A stretch of DNA of 64,000 nucleotides from contig RFSE01000008.1 of assembly GCA_009924135.1 (NCBI GenBank), positions 2,131-66,130 of the forward strand. Reading direction: 5' to 3'. This document shows, piece by piece, positions 8,081 to 16,310 of the stretch; positions within the stretch are counted from its first letter, which is position 1, and every line of letters begins with the position of its first letter. Source of the DNA: Pseudomonadota bacterium. GTDB lineage: Bacteria; Verrucomicrobiota; Verrucomicrobiia; Limisphaerales; SXTU01. The notes under the pieces are model-generated. The model searched no databases. It worked only from the letters and a program-made list of their open reading frames with translations, and was not told where the DNA came from. The translations under genes and the position numbers were made by a program.

Positions 8081-9133
8081 ATGATGCCCAGCTATCAACG
8101 CGTCTTCCTGTCCGCCCTCGGCTATGAGCTGGGACCGGTTGTCGTCACCACCGCAGAACTGGAGGAACGCCTTGCCCCTGCCTTCACCCGCCTCGGCATC
8201 CAGCCCGGACAACTCGAGGCATGGACCGGCATCTGTGAGCGACGCTGGTGGCAGCCCAACACTCCTCTCTCGCGCGGAGCCACGGCCGCCGCCCAGAAGG
8301 CCTTGCAGAAGGCCGGGCTCAGTGCGGGTGCGCTGGGGATGCTGCTCTACTGTGGCGTGTGTAGAGAAAACTTCGAGCCGGCCACCGCCTGCGCGGTCGC
8401 GGATGGCATCGGATTGCGCGGCGGGGCATTTGTGTACGACATCAGCAACGCCTGTCTGGGCGTGCTTAATGGAGTGATCGAGGTCGCCAACCGGATTGAA
8501 CTGGGCCAGATCAAAGCCGGACTGGTCGTCTCGTGCGAAAGCTCACGGGAGATCAACGAAATCGCCCTGGCAAAGATGCTCGGCGGCACCGGCGGCATGA
8601 GCGAATTCGCCCCGGCCCTGGCCACCTTCACCGGCGGCTCGGGAGCCGTGGCCGTGTTGCTGACCGATGGTTCGTTTCCTGGACTGGACAATCATCGCCT
8701 CTTCGGTGCGGTCTCGGAAACCGCACCGGAGTTTCACGAGTTGTGCCAGTGGGGCACCAAGCCAACCCCGCAGGGCCACTTCGAACAGTTCATGCTCACC
8801 GATTCCGTTGCCGTGCTGAAGAACGGCACAGCCCTCGGAGCCAAGACCTGGCGCGAATTCTTGCAGGCGATGAGCTGGACTCAGAGCTCCGTGGACCGGC
8901 TGATATGCCACCAAGTTGGCAGCCAGCATCAGGACTCGTTTCTGAAACTCACCGGACTGCCGCGCTCGAAGGATTTCACAACCTTTCGCCATCTCGGCAA
9001 CATGGGCACCGCCGCGTTGCCGGTGACCGCCGCGATCGCGGATGAACGCGGCATTCTCAAACCCGGTCAAAACGTCGCCTTTCTCGGAATCGGCAGCGGT
9101 CTGAGCTGCATCATGATGGGACTCAAATGGTAA
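8081..9133 (+). CDS. oleA: OleA-type thiolase-fold condensing enzyme (FabH-like)
   Basis: ATG lies 2 nt after the megasynthase stop. OleA-like motifs FEPATA, DISNACLGVLNG, ICHQVG and C-terminal LGIGSGLSC..KW. Sits directly upstream of oleBCD homologues. Confidence 0.8.
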   Translation: MMPSYQRVFLSALGYELGPVVVTTAELEERLAPAFTRLGIQPGQLEAWTGICERRWWQPNTPLSRGATAAAQKALQKAGLSAGALGMLLYCGVCRENFEPATACAVADGIGLRGGAFVYDISNACLGVLNGVIEVANRIELGQIKAGLVVSCESSREINEIALAKMLGGTGGMSEFAPALATFTGGSGAVAVLLTDGSFPGLDNHRLFGAVSETAPEFHELCQWGTKPTPQGHFEQFMLTDSVAVLKNGTALGAKTWREFLQAMSWTQSSVDRLICHQVGSQHQDSFLKLTGLPRSKDFTTFRHLGNMGTAALPVTAAIADERGILKPGQNVAFLGIGSGLSCIMMGLKW

Positions 9134-10023
9134 ATTTTCGTCGCGAACACTATCCCTTTGTCGGCCACTTTCTGGACCGCGATGGCGTTGCCATGCACTA
9201 CCTCGACGAGGGCAGTGGCGAAGCGGTCGTGATGCTCCATGGCAACCCGACCTGGTCCTTCTACTACCGCCGGCTCGTGCTCGGCCTGCGCGCCCAGTGC
9301 CGGATCATCGTGCCGGACCACATCGGGTGTGGCTTCTCGGACAAGCCGGACGACGCGCATTACGAGTTCACGCTTGAACGGCGCGTGCAGGATTTGGATG
9401 CCCTCATCAAACACCTGAATCTGCCGCCGAAAATCACCCTCGTGCTGCACGACTGGGGCGGCATGATTGGCATGACTTGGGCCGCGCGAAACCCCCACCG
9501 CATCGCCCGGCTCGTCCTGTTGAACACCGCGGCGTTTCACCTGCCCAAGACCAAGAAGCTCCCGCCTTCGCTCTGGGTTTGCCGCAACACCCCGCTCGAC
9601 GCCCTGCTCGTGCGCAAGACCGGTCTGTTTGTGCGCCTGGTCACGCGCTGGGGCGTGCGCACCCGCGTGCTCTCCCCCTCTGAACGCGACGCCTATCTCA
9701 CCCCGCACGCCGCCAAGGCGAGCCGGCTCGCGCAACTGCGCTTCGTGCAGGACATTCCCCTCACGCCCGACCACCCGACCTACGCCCTGATCAGCGATGT
9801 GCAAGCCAAGCTGGGCCAGTTCCGCGCCACGCCGACGCTGATTTGCTGGGGCGACCAGGACTGGGTGTTCGACCAGCACTTTCTCGCCGAATGGCAGCGC
9901 ATCCTGCCGACTGCCGAAGTCCACCGGTTCCCCGACGCCGGCCACTTGGTGCTCGAAGACAAGCCGGACGAAATCCAGTCGCTGGTGAAACAGTTCTTCG
10001 CCCGGCATCCGAACCAGCAGTGA
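9127..10023 (+). CDS. oleB: OleB-type alpha/beta hydrolase (haloalkane-dehalogenase-like; beta-lactone decarboxylase family)
   Basis: HGNPTWSFYYR and HDWGG nucleophile elbow. Its start overlaps the oleA stop (ATGGTAA). Confidence 0.8.
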   Translation: MVNFRREHYPFVGHFLDRDGVAMHYLDEGSGEAVVMLHGNPTWSFYYRRLVLGLRAQCRIIVPDHIGCGFSDKPDDAHYEFTLERRVQDLDALIKHLNLPPKITLVLHDWGGMIGMTWAARNPHRIARLVLLNTAAFHLPKTKKLPPSLWVCRNTPLDALLVRKTGLFVRLVTRWGVRTRVLSPSERDAYLTPHAAKASRLAQLRFVQDIPLTPDHPTYALISDVQAKLGQFRATPTLICWGDQDWVFDQHFLAEWQRILPTAEVHRFPDAGHLVLEDKPDEIQSLVKQFFARHPNQQ

Positions 10024-11708
10024 ACGTGTCCGCCACGGTCACATCGAACATCGCCTCGCATCTCTCCGCGATGGCTGCCCAGCAGCCGGGGACGCCCGCC
10101 GTCATTGCGCCGCATCGCGATCGGGCCGGGCGGCTCCATTACTCGCAACTCACCTTTCGCGAACTCGACGACACCAGCAGCCAGCTGGCACGGGGCTTCG
10201 AGCGGTTGGGCATCCGGCGTGGCGTACGCACGGCGCTCATGGTGCCACCAAGTCTCGACTTTTTCGCCGTCACCTTCGCGCTGTTCAAACTGGGCGCAGT
10301 GCCGGTGCTCATCGATCCGGGCATCGGCCTGAAGAACTTTGGCAACTGCTTGAACGAGGCGGAGCCAACCGGCTTCATCGGCATTCCCAAGGCCCATGCT
10401 GCCCGTGTGGTTCTGGGCTGGGGACAAAAACCCATCAAAATCCCAATTACTGTCGGCACGAAGTGGTTTTGGGGTGGTCACTCGTTGGCTCAAGTTCTGT
10501 CGCTCGGCGGCACGGGGACACCCGATTCGAGGCCGGAGGAAGCGGCAACAAACTATCCTTCGCAACCAGACGAAACCGCCGCCATTCTTTTCACCAGTGG
10601 CAGCACGGGCGCGCCCAAGGGAGTCGTTTACACGCACGCAATTTTTTCCGCCCAGGTTGAACAAGTGCGCCAGCTCTACGGCATACAACCCGGCGAAATT
10701 GATCTGCCAACCTTTCCCCTCTTCGCTCTTTTCGGCCCCGCGCTGGGCATGACCGAAGTGCTGCCGGAAATGGACTTCACCCGCCCGGCACAAGCCGACC
10801 CGGTGAAACTGGTCGCCACCATCGAACGCTTCCGTGTGACCAACATGTTCGGCTCGCCAGCCCTCATCAACCGGCTCGGACGGCATGGCGAGGGACACGG
10901 AATCAAGCTGCCCACCCTCCGCCGTGCCATCTCCGCCGGCGCCCCCGTGCCGGCCAAAGTACTCGCGCGATTTGCCCGGATGCTTCCGTCCGACGCCCAG
11001 GTATTCACGCCCTACGGAGCAACCGAATGCCTGCCGGTCGCGAGCATCGGGAGCAATGAGATCGTTGGAGAAACCCGTGTCCAGACCGAACTGGGCAAAG
11101 GCGTTTGCGTCGGCCGACCCGTGCCGGGACTCACCCTGAAGATCCTTCGCATCACGGACGAAGCCCTCGCCGCGTGGAGTGATGATCTCGAACTGCCACC
11201 CGGTGAAATCGGCGAGATCGCCGTGCAAGCACCCCAAGCCTCGCGTGCGTACTTCAATCGCGAGCAGTCCACGGCACTCGCAAAAATCACGACCCGTGAC
11301 AGCGGCTTCTTCCACCGCATGGGTGACGTTGGCTATCGCGACGCGCGCGGGCGCATCTGGTTTTGTGGTCGCAAATCACACCGGGTCATCACGCGGGCCG
11401 GTACGCTGTTCACGATTCCCTGCGAAGCCATCTTCAACACGCACCCGGCAGTCTTCCGGTCCGCCCTGGTCGGCGTACCACGGGGTGATGATACCGAGCC
11501 GGTCATCTGCATCGAATTGGAAGCGGAGGCACGTAATCTTGAGGAGACCAAGCTACGCGCGGAGCTGCTGGCCCTCGGTGCGAAATTCCCACATACTCAG
11601 GCGATTCGCACCGTGTTGTTTCATCCCGCCTTCCCGGTGGATATCCGGCATAACGCGAAAATCTTCCGCGAGAAACTGGCCGTGTGGGCAAAGGACCAAC
11701 GCGGATGA
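10020..11708 (+). CDS. oleC: OleC-type AMP-dependent synthetase (beta-lactone synthetase family)
   Basis: FTSGSTGAPKGV and YGATE motifs. GTG 10020 overlaps the oleB stop (GTGA). The ORF-track start 9843 lies inside oleB. Alternative ATG at 10071. Confidence 0.8.
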   Translation: MNVSATVTSNIASHLSAMAAQQPGTPAVIAPHRDRAGRLHYSQLTFRELDDTSSQLARGFERLGIRRGVRTALMVPPSLDFFAVTFALFKLGAVPVLIDPGIGLKNFGNCLNEAEPTGFIGIPKAHAARVVLGWGQKPIKIPITVGTKWFWGGHSLAQVLSLGGTGTPDSRPEEAATNYPSQPDETAAILFTSGSTGAPKGVVYTHAIFSAQVEQVRQLYGIQPGEIDLPTFPLFALFGPALGMTEVLPEMDFTRPAQADPVKLVATIERFRVTNMFGSPALINRLGRHGEGHGIKLPTLRRAISAGAPVPAKVLARFARMLPSDAQVFTPYGATECLPVASIGSNEIVGETRVQTELGKGVCVGRPVPGLTLKILRITDEALAAWSDDLELPPGEIGEIAVQAPQASRAYFNREQSTALAKITTRDSGFFHRMGDVGYRDARGRIWFCGRKSHRVITRAGTLFTIPCEAIFNTHPAVFRSALVGVPRGDDTEPVICIELEAEARNLEETKLRAELLALGAKFPHTQAIRTVLFHPAFPVDIRHNAKIFREKLAVWAKDQRG

Positions 11709-12697
11709 ACGCGCTCGTAACCGGCGGCGGCGGCTTTCTCGGGCTCGCGATCGTACGGGCGCTGCGGGCGCGTGGCGATAAGGTGCGCAGCTTGTCGCGG
11801 CAGGAACACCCGGCCCTGCAAGCCCTCGGCGCAGAGCATGTGCGCGGCGATGTCGGCGACCCGGTCGCCGTCAGCGCGGCGGTTCGGGGCTGCGACATAG
11901 TGTTCCACGTTGCGGCAAAAGCCGGGTTGTGGGGGCCTTACGAGGACTACCACCGGGCCAATGTGCTCGGCACCGAAAACGTCCTGTCAGCGTGCCGGCA
12001 GCAGGGCATCCGCAAACTCGTTCACACCAGTTCACCGAGTGTCGTGTTCAACGGTCAGGACATGGAAGGCGTGAACGAATCCGTCCCCTACCCTCTGCAC
12101 TTCGAGGCTCATTACCCGCACACGAAGGCCCTCGCGGAACGGCTGGTCCTTGAAGCCAATTCTCCGCCCCTCGCAACCGTTGCGCTTCGTCCGCACCTCA
12201 TCTGGGGACCGGGGGACAACCATTTGCTGCCCCGGCTCATCGCACGGGCAAGGTCTGGTCAGCTCCGCCGCATCGGCTCGCAACAGAACCGCGTGGACAC
12301 CGTGTACATCGACAACGCAGCAGAAGCCCACCTCCTCGCTGCCGACGCGCTCCAACCCGGAGCCGCGTGCGCCGGCAAGGCCTACTTCATCTCAAACGGT
12401 GAACCGGTTCCGCTGTGGGACATGGTCAACCAGTTGCTCGCGGCTGCCGGCCTGCCACCGGTGACGCGCACGGTGCCCGTGTCCGTCGCGCTGGCGCTCG
12501 CGTGGTCCTTGGAGACCTTTGCCCGCGTAACTGGCAGCACGCGCGAGCCGAGGCTGACCCGTTTCATGGCGCGCGAAATGTCCACGGCCCACTGGTTCGA
12601 CATCTCGGCGGCCAAGCGCGACTTCGGCTATTTGCCCCGCGTCACCACCGAGGAAGGGCTGCGGCGACTCGCGGCCCACCTGAAGCAAGGCGACTGA
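11705..12697 (+). CDS. oleD: OleD-type NAD(P)-dependent reductase (3-beta-HSD/epimerase family)
   Basis: VTGGGGFLG Rossmann motif and YPHTK (YxxxK). ATG 11705 overlaps the oleC stop (ATGA). GTG 11684 is an alternative start. Confidence 0.8.
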   Translation: MNALVTGGGGFLGLAIVRALRARGDKVRSLSRQEHPALQALGAEHVRGDVGDPVAVSAAVRGCDIVFHVAAKAGLWGPYEDYHRANVLGTENVLSACRQQGIRKLVHTSSPSVVFNGQDMEGVNESVPYPLHFEAHYPHTKALAERLVLEANSPPLATVALRPHLIWGPGDNHLLPRLIARARSGQLRRIGSQQNRVDTVYIDNAAEAHLLAADALQPGAACAGKAYFISNGEPVPLWDMVNQLLAAAGLPPVTRTVPVSVALALAWSLETFARVTGSTREPRLTRFMAREMSTAHWFDISAAKRDFGYLPRVTTEEGLRRLAAHLKQGD

Positions 12698-13485
12698 TGC
12701 TGCGCGACTGGCAAACCCTTTTCGCGCCGCGCCCCCTCGCGACGCGGGCGCTGTGTTTGCAGTTGGACGGACTGGCTTTTCCCTTGTGGTTTGCGAGCAC
12801 CGACGCTGCGGACTTGAAGGAAGTGCTCCCGGTCGATTTTCTGACGGCGGCGGAGCAGGCGCGGGCGGGTGAGTTCAAGTTTGGCCAGCCACGCGAGAAT
12901 TTCACGCTGGGCCGGCTGGCAGGAAAACTGGCACTGACCGGGGCAATGGACGCACGCCCCCCACAAACACCGGGCCTCTCCCCCGACGGGACTGCGGGAG
13001 AAGCACTGGAGCGGAAGTTGCGCGCCTTTGACATTCACAACGGCGAACGCGGTGAGCCGTTGGTGCGTGCTGGCGACGACAAGTTACCGACCCTGGCGGT
13101 AAGTCTCAGTCACGTGAATGGGTTGGGCACGGCAGTGGCGTTTCCGGCAGGCGAGCGGGTTGGGATGGACTTAGAATTGATTGATGCCCAGCGGGCTGAG
13201 ACCGTGCGAAGAGGAGTGCCGTTGTCCGTGGAGGAAGAGGCTTGGTTGAGGATCACTTCACTTCCGGAAGCAACCGCGCTGCTGTTGCTGTGGACGGCGC
13301 GGGAAGCCTTGGGCAAGGCACTCGGCTGCGGGCTGGCCTGTCAGTGGGAAACACTGGCGCTCCGGGAAATCGAAGCGGCGGGTGACGGTGTCTGGCGGGG
13401 CCGCTTCCGGCATCATCCGGAGTTCAGTTGCCTTTGCTGGGTAGGACCCGCAGCGGTGATATCGACCGCGTTTACGGCGCGTTGA
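12697..13485 (+). CDS. Sfp/PfaE-type 4'-phosphopantetheinyl transferase
   Basis: GMDLELI and WTAREALGKA motifs. The ATG overlaps the oleD stop (TGATG). The ORF-track start 12415 lies inside oleD. Confidence 0.8.
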   Translation: MLRDWQTLFAPRPLATRALCLQLDGLAFPLWFASTDAADLKEVLPVDFLTAAEQARAGEFKFGQPRENFTLGRLAGKLALTGAMDARPPQTPGLSPDGTAGEALERKLRAFDIHNGERGEPLVRAGDDKLPTLAVSLSHVNGLGTAVAFPAGERVGMDLELIDAQRAETVRRGVPLSVEEEAWLRITSLPEATALLLLWTAREALGKALGCGLACQWETLALREIEAAGDGVWRGRFRHHPEFSCLCWVGPAAVISTAFTAR

Positions 13486-13501
13486 GCTCTGCCAGTAAGC
13501 A

Positions 13502-13521
13502 AGCTGGACGACCGTCCAGCT
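13502..13521. terminator. Short hairpin between the convergent PPTase and pheA genes (possible bidirectional terminator, no T tract)
   Basis: AGCTGGACG-AC-CGTCCAGCT, partly overlapping the pheA stop codon. Confidence 0.3.
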
Positions 13522-14581
13522 ACTCTGCGTTGGGGTACGAACCGAGCACCTTCACGAAGCTGCACTGGGAGCCCAGTTGAGCAATGGCCTTGGCCACTTT
13601 GGTGTCGTTCGAGTGGCCGTCGCAGTCCACGAAGAAGAAATACTCCCAGGCGCGGCGCTTGCTCGGGCGGCTCTCGATCTTAGTCATGTTCAGCCGGTAT
13701 TTCCGGAACGGAGCGAGCGCGCGGTGCAACGCGCCCACCTCATCCGCGATGCTGAACATGAGGCTGGTCCGATCGTGGCCGGTGGGCGGGCTGCACTTGC
13801 GACCGAGCACGAGGAAACGGGTGGCGTTGGCGGCATTGTCCTGAATGTCGTGTTCGAGCACGGGCACGCCGTATTTCTCGGCGGCAAGCAAGCCGGCGAT
13901 GGCGGCAGAATGCTTCTCCTGCGCGGCCAGCTCAGCACTGCGGGCGTTGGAAGACGTTTCCACAATTTCCGCCCCGGCAAGGTTCTTGTGCACCCATGCG
14001 CGGCACTGCGCAAGTGACTGCGGGTGGACGTAGAGCTTCTTGATGCGCTCGCGGCGGGACTTGCTCACGAGGCAGTGCGAAATGGGCAGGACGATCTGGG
14101 AGACGATCTTCAGGTCGCTGTCCACGAACATGTCGAGCGTGTGCGTGACGACGCCCTCGGTCGAATTCTCGACCGGCACCACGCCATAATCGGCGCGGCC
14201 CTTGGCAACCTCATTGAAGACATCGGCGATGGTCTTCTGCGCCGCGTAGAGCAGGCTGGAGCCGAACCGCTGGATGGCCGCCTGATGCGTGAACGTCGCC
14301 TCCGGTCCGAGGTAGGCGATGGTCATGGACTTCTCCAACGCGAGCGCGCTGGACATGATCTCGCGGTAGATCGCCCGGAGCGAGGCATCGGTGATGGGCC
14401 CCGTGTTCTTCTTGATGATGCGCTGGAAGACCTGGCGCTCACGGGAGGGAACGTAGATTTCCTCGCCGGCCTTGCGTTTGATTTCGCCGATGCCCAGCAC
14501 GTGTTTCGTGCGCTCGTTCAGCAGCGCGACGAGCTTGGCATCCAGCTCATCAATGGCCTTGCGGTGGTCGGTGATCGTCAT
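13520..14581 (-). CDS. pheA: Bifunctional chorismate mutase / prephenate dehydratase (P-protein)
   Basis: N-terminal CM helix region (IDELDAKLVALLNERT), PDT domain and C-terminal ACT domain (ESRPSKRRAWEYFFFVD). ATG 14581 is preferred; TTG 14596 is an alternative. Confidence 0.9.
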   Translation of the reverse strand: MTITDHRKAIDELDAKLVALLNERTKHVLGIGEIKRKAGEEIYVPSRERQVFQRIIKKNTGPITDASLRAIYREIMSSALALEKSMTIAYLGPEATFTHQAAIQRFGSSLLYAAQKTIADVFNEVAKGRADYGVVPVENSTEGVVTHTLDMFVDSDLKIVSQIVLPISHCLVSKSRRERIKKLYVHPQSLAQCRAWVHKNLAGAEIVETSSNARSAELAAQEKHSAAIAGLLAAEKYGVPVLEHDIQDNAANATRFLVLGRKCSPPTGHDRTSLMFSIADEVGALHRALAPFRKYRLNMTKIESRPSKRRAWEYFFFVDCDGHSNDTKVAKAIAQLGSQCSFVKVLGSYPNAE

Positions 14582-14592
14582 GGGCGTGGCGT

Positions 14593-15333
14593 TCAAGCGC
14601 GGGAAGACGGTTCGGTCGGAGGCTCGGTGGGTGAAGTTTCGCGGGGCTCGGGACTAGCCGGCTCAGCCGGAGTTGACTCCTTTTCCGCCACTTCCTGCAT
14701 TGCCAGTTGCTCCGGTGGAGCGGTGGCCAGCCCCGGTTCGACGGTAAGCAGCGACTCGGGCTTCTTCACGGGAATCTTCCGCAGCTCGTCGGCGGCCGGA
14801 AGGTCCTCCAGCCCGCGCAGGCCAAAGTACTCGAGGAAGGCCGGAGTCGTGCCGTAAAGCGCCGGTCGCCCGACCACTTCGGCCCGGCCGGTTTGTTCCA
14901 CGATGCCCCGCTCCAGCAGCGTCTGCATGACACCGTCCACCGCCACGCCACGAATCTGCTCGATCTCCGCCCGCGTGAGCGGCTGGCGATAGGCAATGAT
15001 GGCCAGCGTCTCAAGGGCGGGCTGGGAAAGGCGACCCGGACGGCTCTTCTCCCCGACCAGCGTCTTGATCCACGGCGCATATTCAGGCTGGCTGACAAAT
15101 TGCCAGGCCCCGGCCACGCAGACGAGGCGGAAGGTCCGGGCAGCGGCATCGTGCTCCTTCGCCAGTTCATCCAACAGGGCGATGATTTCCTCGTCCTTGA
15201 TCTTCTTGAAAGACTTGGCGAGCAGGTCCTCCGAGTTGTCGGCGGTCTGCGAGAACACATCGCGGAGGTCTTTCGGACTCAGCGGCTTCTGGGCGTTGAA
15301 GAGGATAGCCTCGATGATGGACTTCAGTTCCAT
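14593..15333 (-). CDS. scpB: Segregation and condensation protein B
   Basis: IIEAILFNAQKPLSPKDL and ITRAEIEQIRGV winged-helix motifs; sits downstream of scpA. Has a Pro/Glu-rich C-terminal tail. Confidence 0.85.
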   Translation of the reverse strand: MELKSIIEAILFNAQKPLSPKDLRDVFSQTADNSEDLLAKSFKKIKDEEIIALLDELAKEHDAAARTFRLVCVAGAWQFVSQPEYAPWIKTLVGEKSRPGRLSQPALETLAIIAYRQPLTRAEIEQIRGVAVDGVMQTLLERGIVEQTGRAEVVGRPALYGTTPAFLEYFGLRGLEDLPAADELRKIPVKKPESLLTVEPGLATAPPEQLAMQEVAEKESTPAEPASPEPRETSPTEPPTEPSSRA

Positions 15334-15347
15334 GGGGACTGGGGAAG

Positions 15348-15417
15348 AATAAGATTACGATTAAGATTAAGAGCCGGCGGCACGCACCCGCGCCTGCTCT
15401 TAATCGTAATCTTAATC
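15348..15417. repeat. Tandem-hexamer-armed hairpin in the scpA-scpB intercistronic gap
   Basis: Left arm AATAAGATTACGATTAAGATTAAGAG, 23-nt GC-rich loop, right arm CTCTTAATCGTAATCTTAATC. Confidence 0.8.
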
Positions 15418-15432
15418 CGGCTCCTCTTCATT

Positions 15433-16230
15433 TTAGTTCATCCGCAGGTTCAGTTCCGGAGCGGGACCGGGAGGATTTTCGGCTGCCGGTTCGGGGGGCG
15501 GCCCAACGGGTTGCGGCGGTGCCTGGGCAATTTCAATTTCCGAAAAGGCTTCAGACTGGGCGATGACAATCTGCTTGAGGCGGATCAGTTCCAGCATCGC
15601 CAGGAACGTGACGACCACCTCGGTACGGCTGGTGGCAGCGGCGAACAGCTCGGAAAACTTCACGGCTGGCCGTTCGCGGATAAGGTTGACGATGGCCTCA
15701 ATCTTCTCGCTGACGGTCCACTTGTCCTCGAAAATATCGCGCGTATCGGCCGGCGTGAAGCGCTTGAGGATGACGTTGACGGCATTGACCAGGTCGAAAA
15801 TCGAAATCTGCAGCCGCTGGGCCGGAGCATCAAATTCCAGCTTGGGCGCAGTGCGGCGGTAAACGTTCTCCTGCGTGGACTCCATTTCTTGCAAGCGGCC
15901 GGCAGCGTCCTTGAACTTCTTGTACTCGACCAGCTGGCGGATGAGTTCCCAGCGCGGGTCTTCGCCCTCTTCCTCGCCTTCCACGACCACCTGCTGGTCC
16001 TTGGGCAGCAGCTCGCGGCTCTTGATGTACATGAGCGTGGAGGCCATCACGAGGAATTCACCGGCGATATCGAGGTCCAGTTCGCGCAGCAGGTCCACGT
16101 AAGCGATGAACTCGGTGGCCAGCTTCGTGAGGTTGACCTCATAAATGTCCACCTCCTCCTTCTTGACGAGGTAAAGAAGGAGATCGAGCGGACCCTCGAA
16201 AATCTCAAACTGGACTTTAAATTCGGACAT
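15433..16230 (-). CDS. scpA: Segregation and condensation protein A
   Basis: FEGPLDLLLYLVKKEEVDIYEVNLTKL motif. Start taken at MSEFKV (ATG 16230). Confidence 0.85.
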   Translation of the reverse strand: MSEFKVQFEIFEGPLDLLLYLVKKEEVDIYEVNLTKLATEFIAYVDLLRELDLDIAGEFLVMASTLMYIKSRELLPKDQQVVVEGEEEGEDPRWELIRQLVEYKKFKDAAGRLQEMESTQENVYRRTAPKLEFDAPAQRLQISIFDLVNAVNVILKRFTPADTRDIFEDKWTVSEKIEAIVNLIRERPAVKFSELFAAATSRTEVVVTFLAMLELIRLKQIVIAQSEAFSEIEIAQAPPQPVGPPPEPAAENPPGPAPELNLRMN

Positions 16231-16310
16231 TAAATGCGCGGCGCGCGGTTGTTCACGGGCTGGCGGAGCATAACGGCAGAGCGGGAAGTTTGGCAACGCT
16301 TTCGCGCCGG

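Noticed and set aside
9780-11315. 511-aa minus-strand ORF, and 9067..10008 on the minus strand
   Set aside because: Both are antisense to oleC and oleB, which carry AMP-binding and HDWGG motifs.
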